This document shows, piece after piece, positions 61,984 through 64,000 of a stretch of DNA of 64,000 nucleotides. The notes below the pieces were generated by a model, which saw nothing but the letters and a program-made list of their open reading frames with translations, ran no database searches and was not told where the DNA came from. The DNA is from Balanoglossus misakiensis (Eukaryota; Animalia; Hemichordata), in contig CM082598.2 of the NCBI GenBank assembly GCA_040954595.2, forward strand, positions 4,024,607 through 4,088,606. Reading direction: 5' to 3'. Position 1 is the first letter of the stretch; the number at the start of each line of letters is the position of its first letter. Position numbers and translations under genes: made by a program.

Positions 61984-62048
61984 GTGTGTGTGTGTGTGTG
62001 TTTGCATTTGTGTGGGTGTGTGTGTGGGTGTGTGTGTATATATATATG
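61984..62048. repeat. (TG)n/(TA)n microsatellite
   Basis: Directly visible. Confidence 0.9.
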
Positions 62049-64000
62049 TATGCATCCACTCATATTAAATGTAATTATCGTATATTAGCATGCAGGAACA
62101 TGGCATATAATGATATTGATATCTCTTGCACTACGGAAGTCAGTCGGGTCAGATATATAGTAGGCCCTCCGGGCTGTTGTATCATCGTCGTGTAAATTCT
62201 CAGAAATTGGAAAATGACGTTGGTTAAAGGCCAGGATGGCTATGAAGTACTGTATGTTCCTACGAACGATTTGTACTGACTACAAATAGCATGAAAAGTA
62301 GCCCCAGATTTTTGGCGAAATGCCAGATCTATAGAGCGGGCTATATTTAAACCCCGCTGATGTAAATGCCTGTGTACGTTTCAGACATCAGACTGGGCTC
62401 GGGGGTGCGTTAGGGATCGGCCTTTCTTCTGATCGGCGCGTCGTGAGCCGAAGAGAAACCAAAATGTAGACCGTCTTACCGCCAGCCTGGGAAGCCATTT
62501 TTTCTTTCCTTCTTGCAGTGCCTAAGCTCCGCTGCTGTCTCTGGAGAAATAAACACTTTCACGTCATGCCAAAATGCTTAACATATATACTACCCGGACA
62601 GTTAGGGCGACAAGGCACCCTAGCTTATCGCGGATTATCCTCCTTCTCTTTTGACTGAACTTGAAAGGCCTATTAATAGCCCACAATTAGAAAGTAACGA
62701 TTTTTTTAATCTAAAAATAGTACTGGGTAGAGGTACCCCACGAGACGTCGACCCTGCGAGATTTCGCATAACTAGATAATTATATTTATCGTAACAAGAC
62801 AAACATGATAACCGATACAAAAGTTACATTTTTTTTCTCAAACTCCGCACCTATTCTAGTTTCGTTCAAAGCTTGACTTGTATTACTTGGCAACCAAACC
62901 GTTGCTATGGTAATTAACCAAGTTGCGCTGGATCTCGCAATGAACGGGAAATCATCTATGCTGCGTGTTTTGGGGAGAAAGTCTCCATGGGGACGCGTCG
63001 CCTGATCACATCCCTGTCGAATTCCCGGACGACAAGGGGCGAATTTCTGGAAAATGGTCGTGAACCCTTTCCAAATCCACTGCGATGTCTGTTGATCATG
63101 GCTGAACAGCTGTGACTACCCAGAAGTAGGAGAAATTAATTGTGTAGAGGCGCCTATGTTTGCCACGACGTGAATATTATTTAATGGAACAGATTGTACT
63201 ACGCAGACACATTGAGCAGGGTAGGCCTACATTCTAAAATCTGGAAAGGGTTCACGGGTTTCAAATTTTATCTCGAGATGAAGGCAATTAGTAAACATAT
63301 AAATGTAGTTTTCTATTTAGAAACATGACAATATTGTCAAGAAATACCTGACATTACATGCGCGTTTGGTAGCCCAATGGTGTGGAGGGGCTCATGCTAT
63401 GGGTCTACAGGTGATTGAGAAAAATAGGCAATATCCCTGATTTTCAGGTACAGGGTCCCCGGAGGTCACATGTCATATGCGCATATAGGCAACTCTTCCC
63501 ACCTTCTGAGTCACTTCTGAGGTAGCCGTCTTGCAGCTAACAGGACACATCGTGTGCTCCTGATCCAATCTCTTGGCTACCGCTATTTTGCGTTTAATTA
63601 CGTTCAAACCCATTTCTATGCATCACTAGTACGCCTCTGTGAGGCTGGATTGCTAGATTGGTGGGTTTACGGAGCTATTTTCCGGTGGTATTGCTTATTT
63701 GGTCCATCTGAGTCGGGACGGGTGTTCTGTCGCCCAAGCCCAGCTTTACAAGTGCGTGTTCTGTCCACGCACAAGTCGAACGCTTCAGTGACAGTCGTCA
63801 TCGGAAGCTCGTTCACGTTACCACACTGCAGATTTCTGTGGGAATTTCCCCAGAGTGCTTTATTAGGAGTTGAACCTCTGAAGTATTCGCAGTGTTTCCC
63901 GAGATTTCGTGACAATATCTTAGAGAAGATGAGTAAAAACTACATGTGGTGTATAATCACAACCACTTTTAAAGGTTAAATTTTAAACCGCAGCCATCTG

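Overview
AT-rich, intron-containing animal genomic DNA, most consistent with an invertebrate deuterostome (hemichordate/echinoderm/amphioxus-like; this is inference). Positions ~1-39.7 kb are the very large 5' region of a minus-strand Neuron navigator (NAV/unc-53/sickie) gene. It is visible only as at least four tiny alternative first coding exons that the ORF track misses (39638-39564, 19916-19884, 13712-13638, 3205-3155). All four end in phase-0 donors, and two resemble vertebrate NAV2 isoform N-termini as I recall them. Head-to-head with it is a complete atypical E2F7/8 gene (10 coding exons, 42774-49038, 1215 aa) with an E2F/CHR-rich promoter and a ~3.8 kb 3'UTR. Downstream are a secreted plant-type polyamine oxidase, a RING-Bbox-Bbox-coiled-coil TRIM gene running into a captured, intronless USP4/USP15 DUSP-UBL module across a single frame break, and a minus-strand carbohydrate sulfotransferase. 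MITEs, a tRNA-SINE and simple/tandem repeats are scattered throughout. The TRIM-(DUSP-UBL) chimera and the NAV first-exon array are the most interesting items. All homology calls are from recalled motifs, not database searches.
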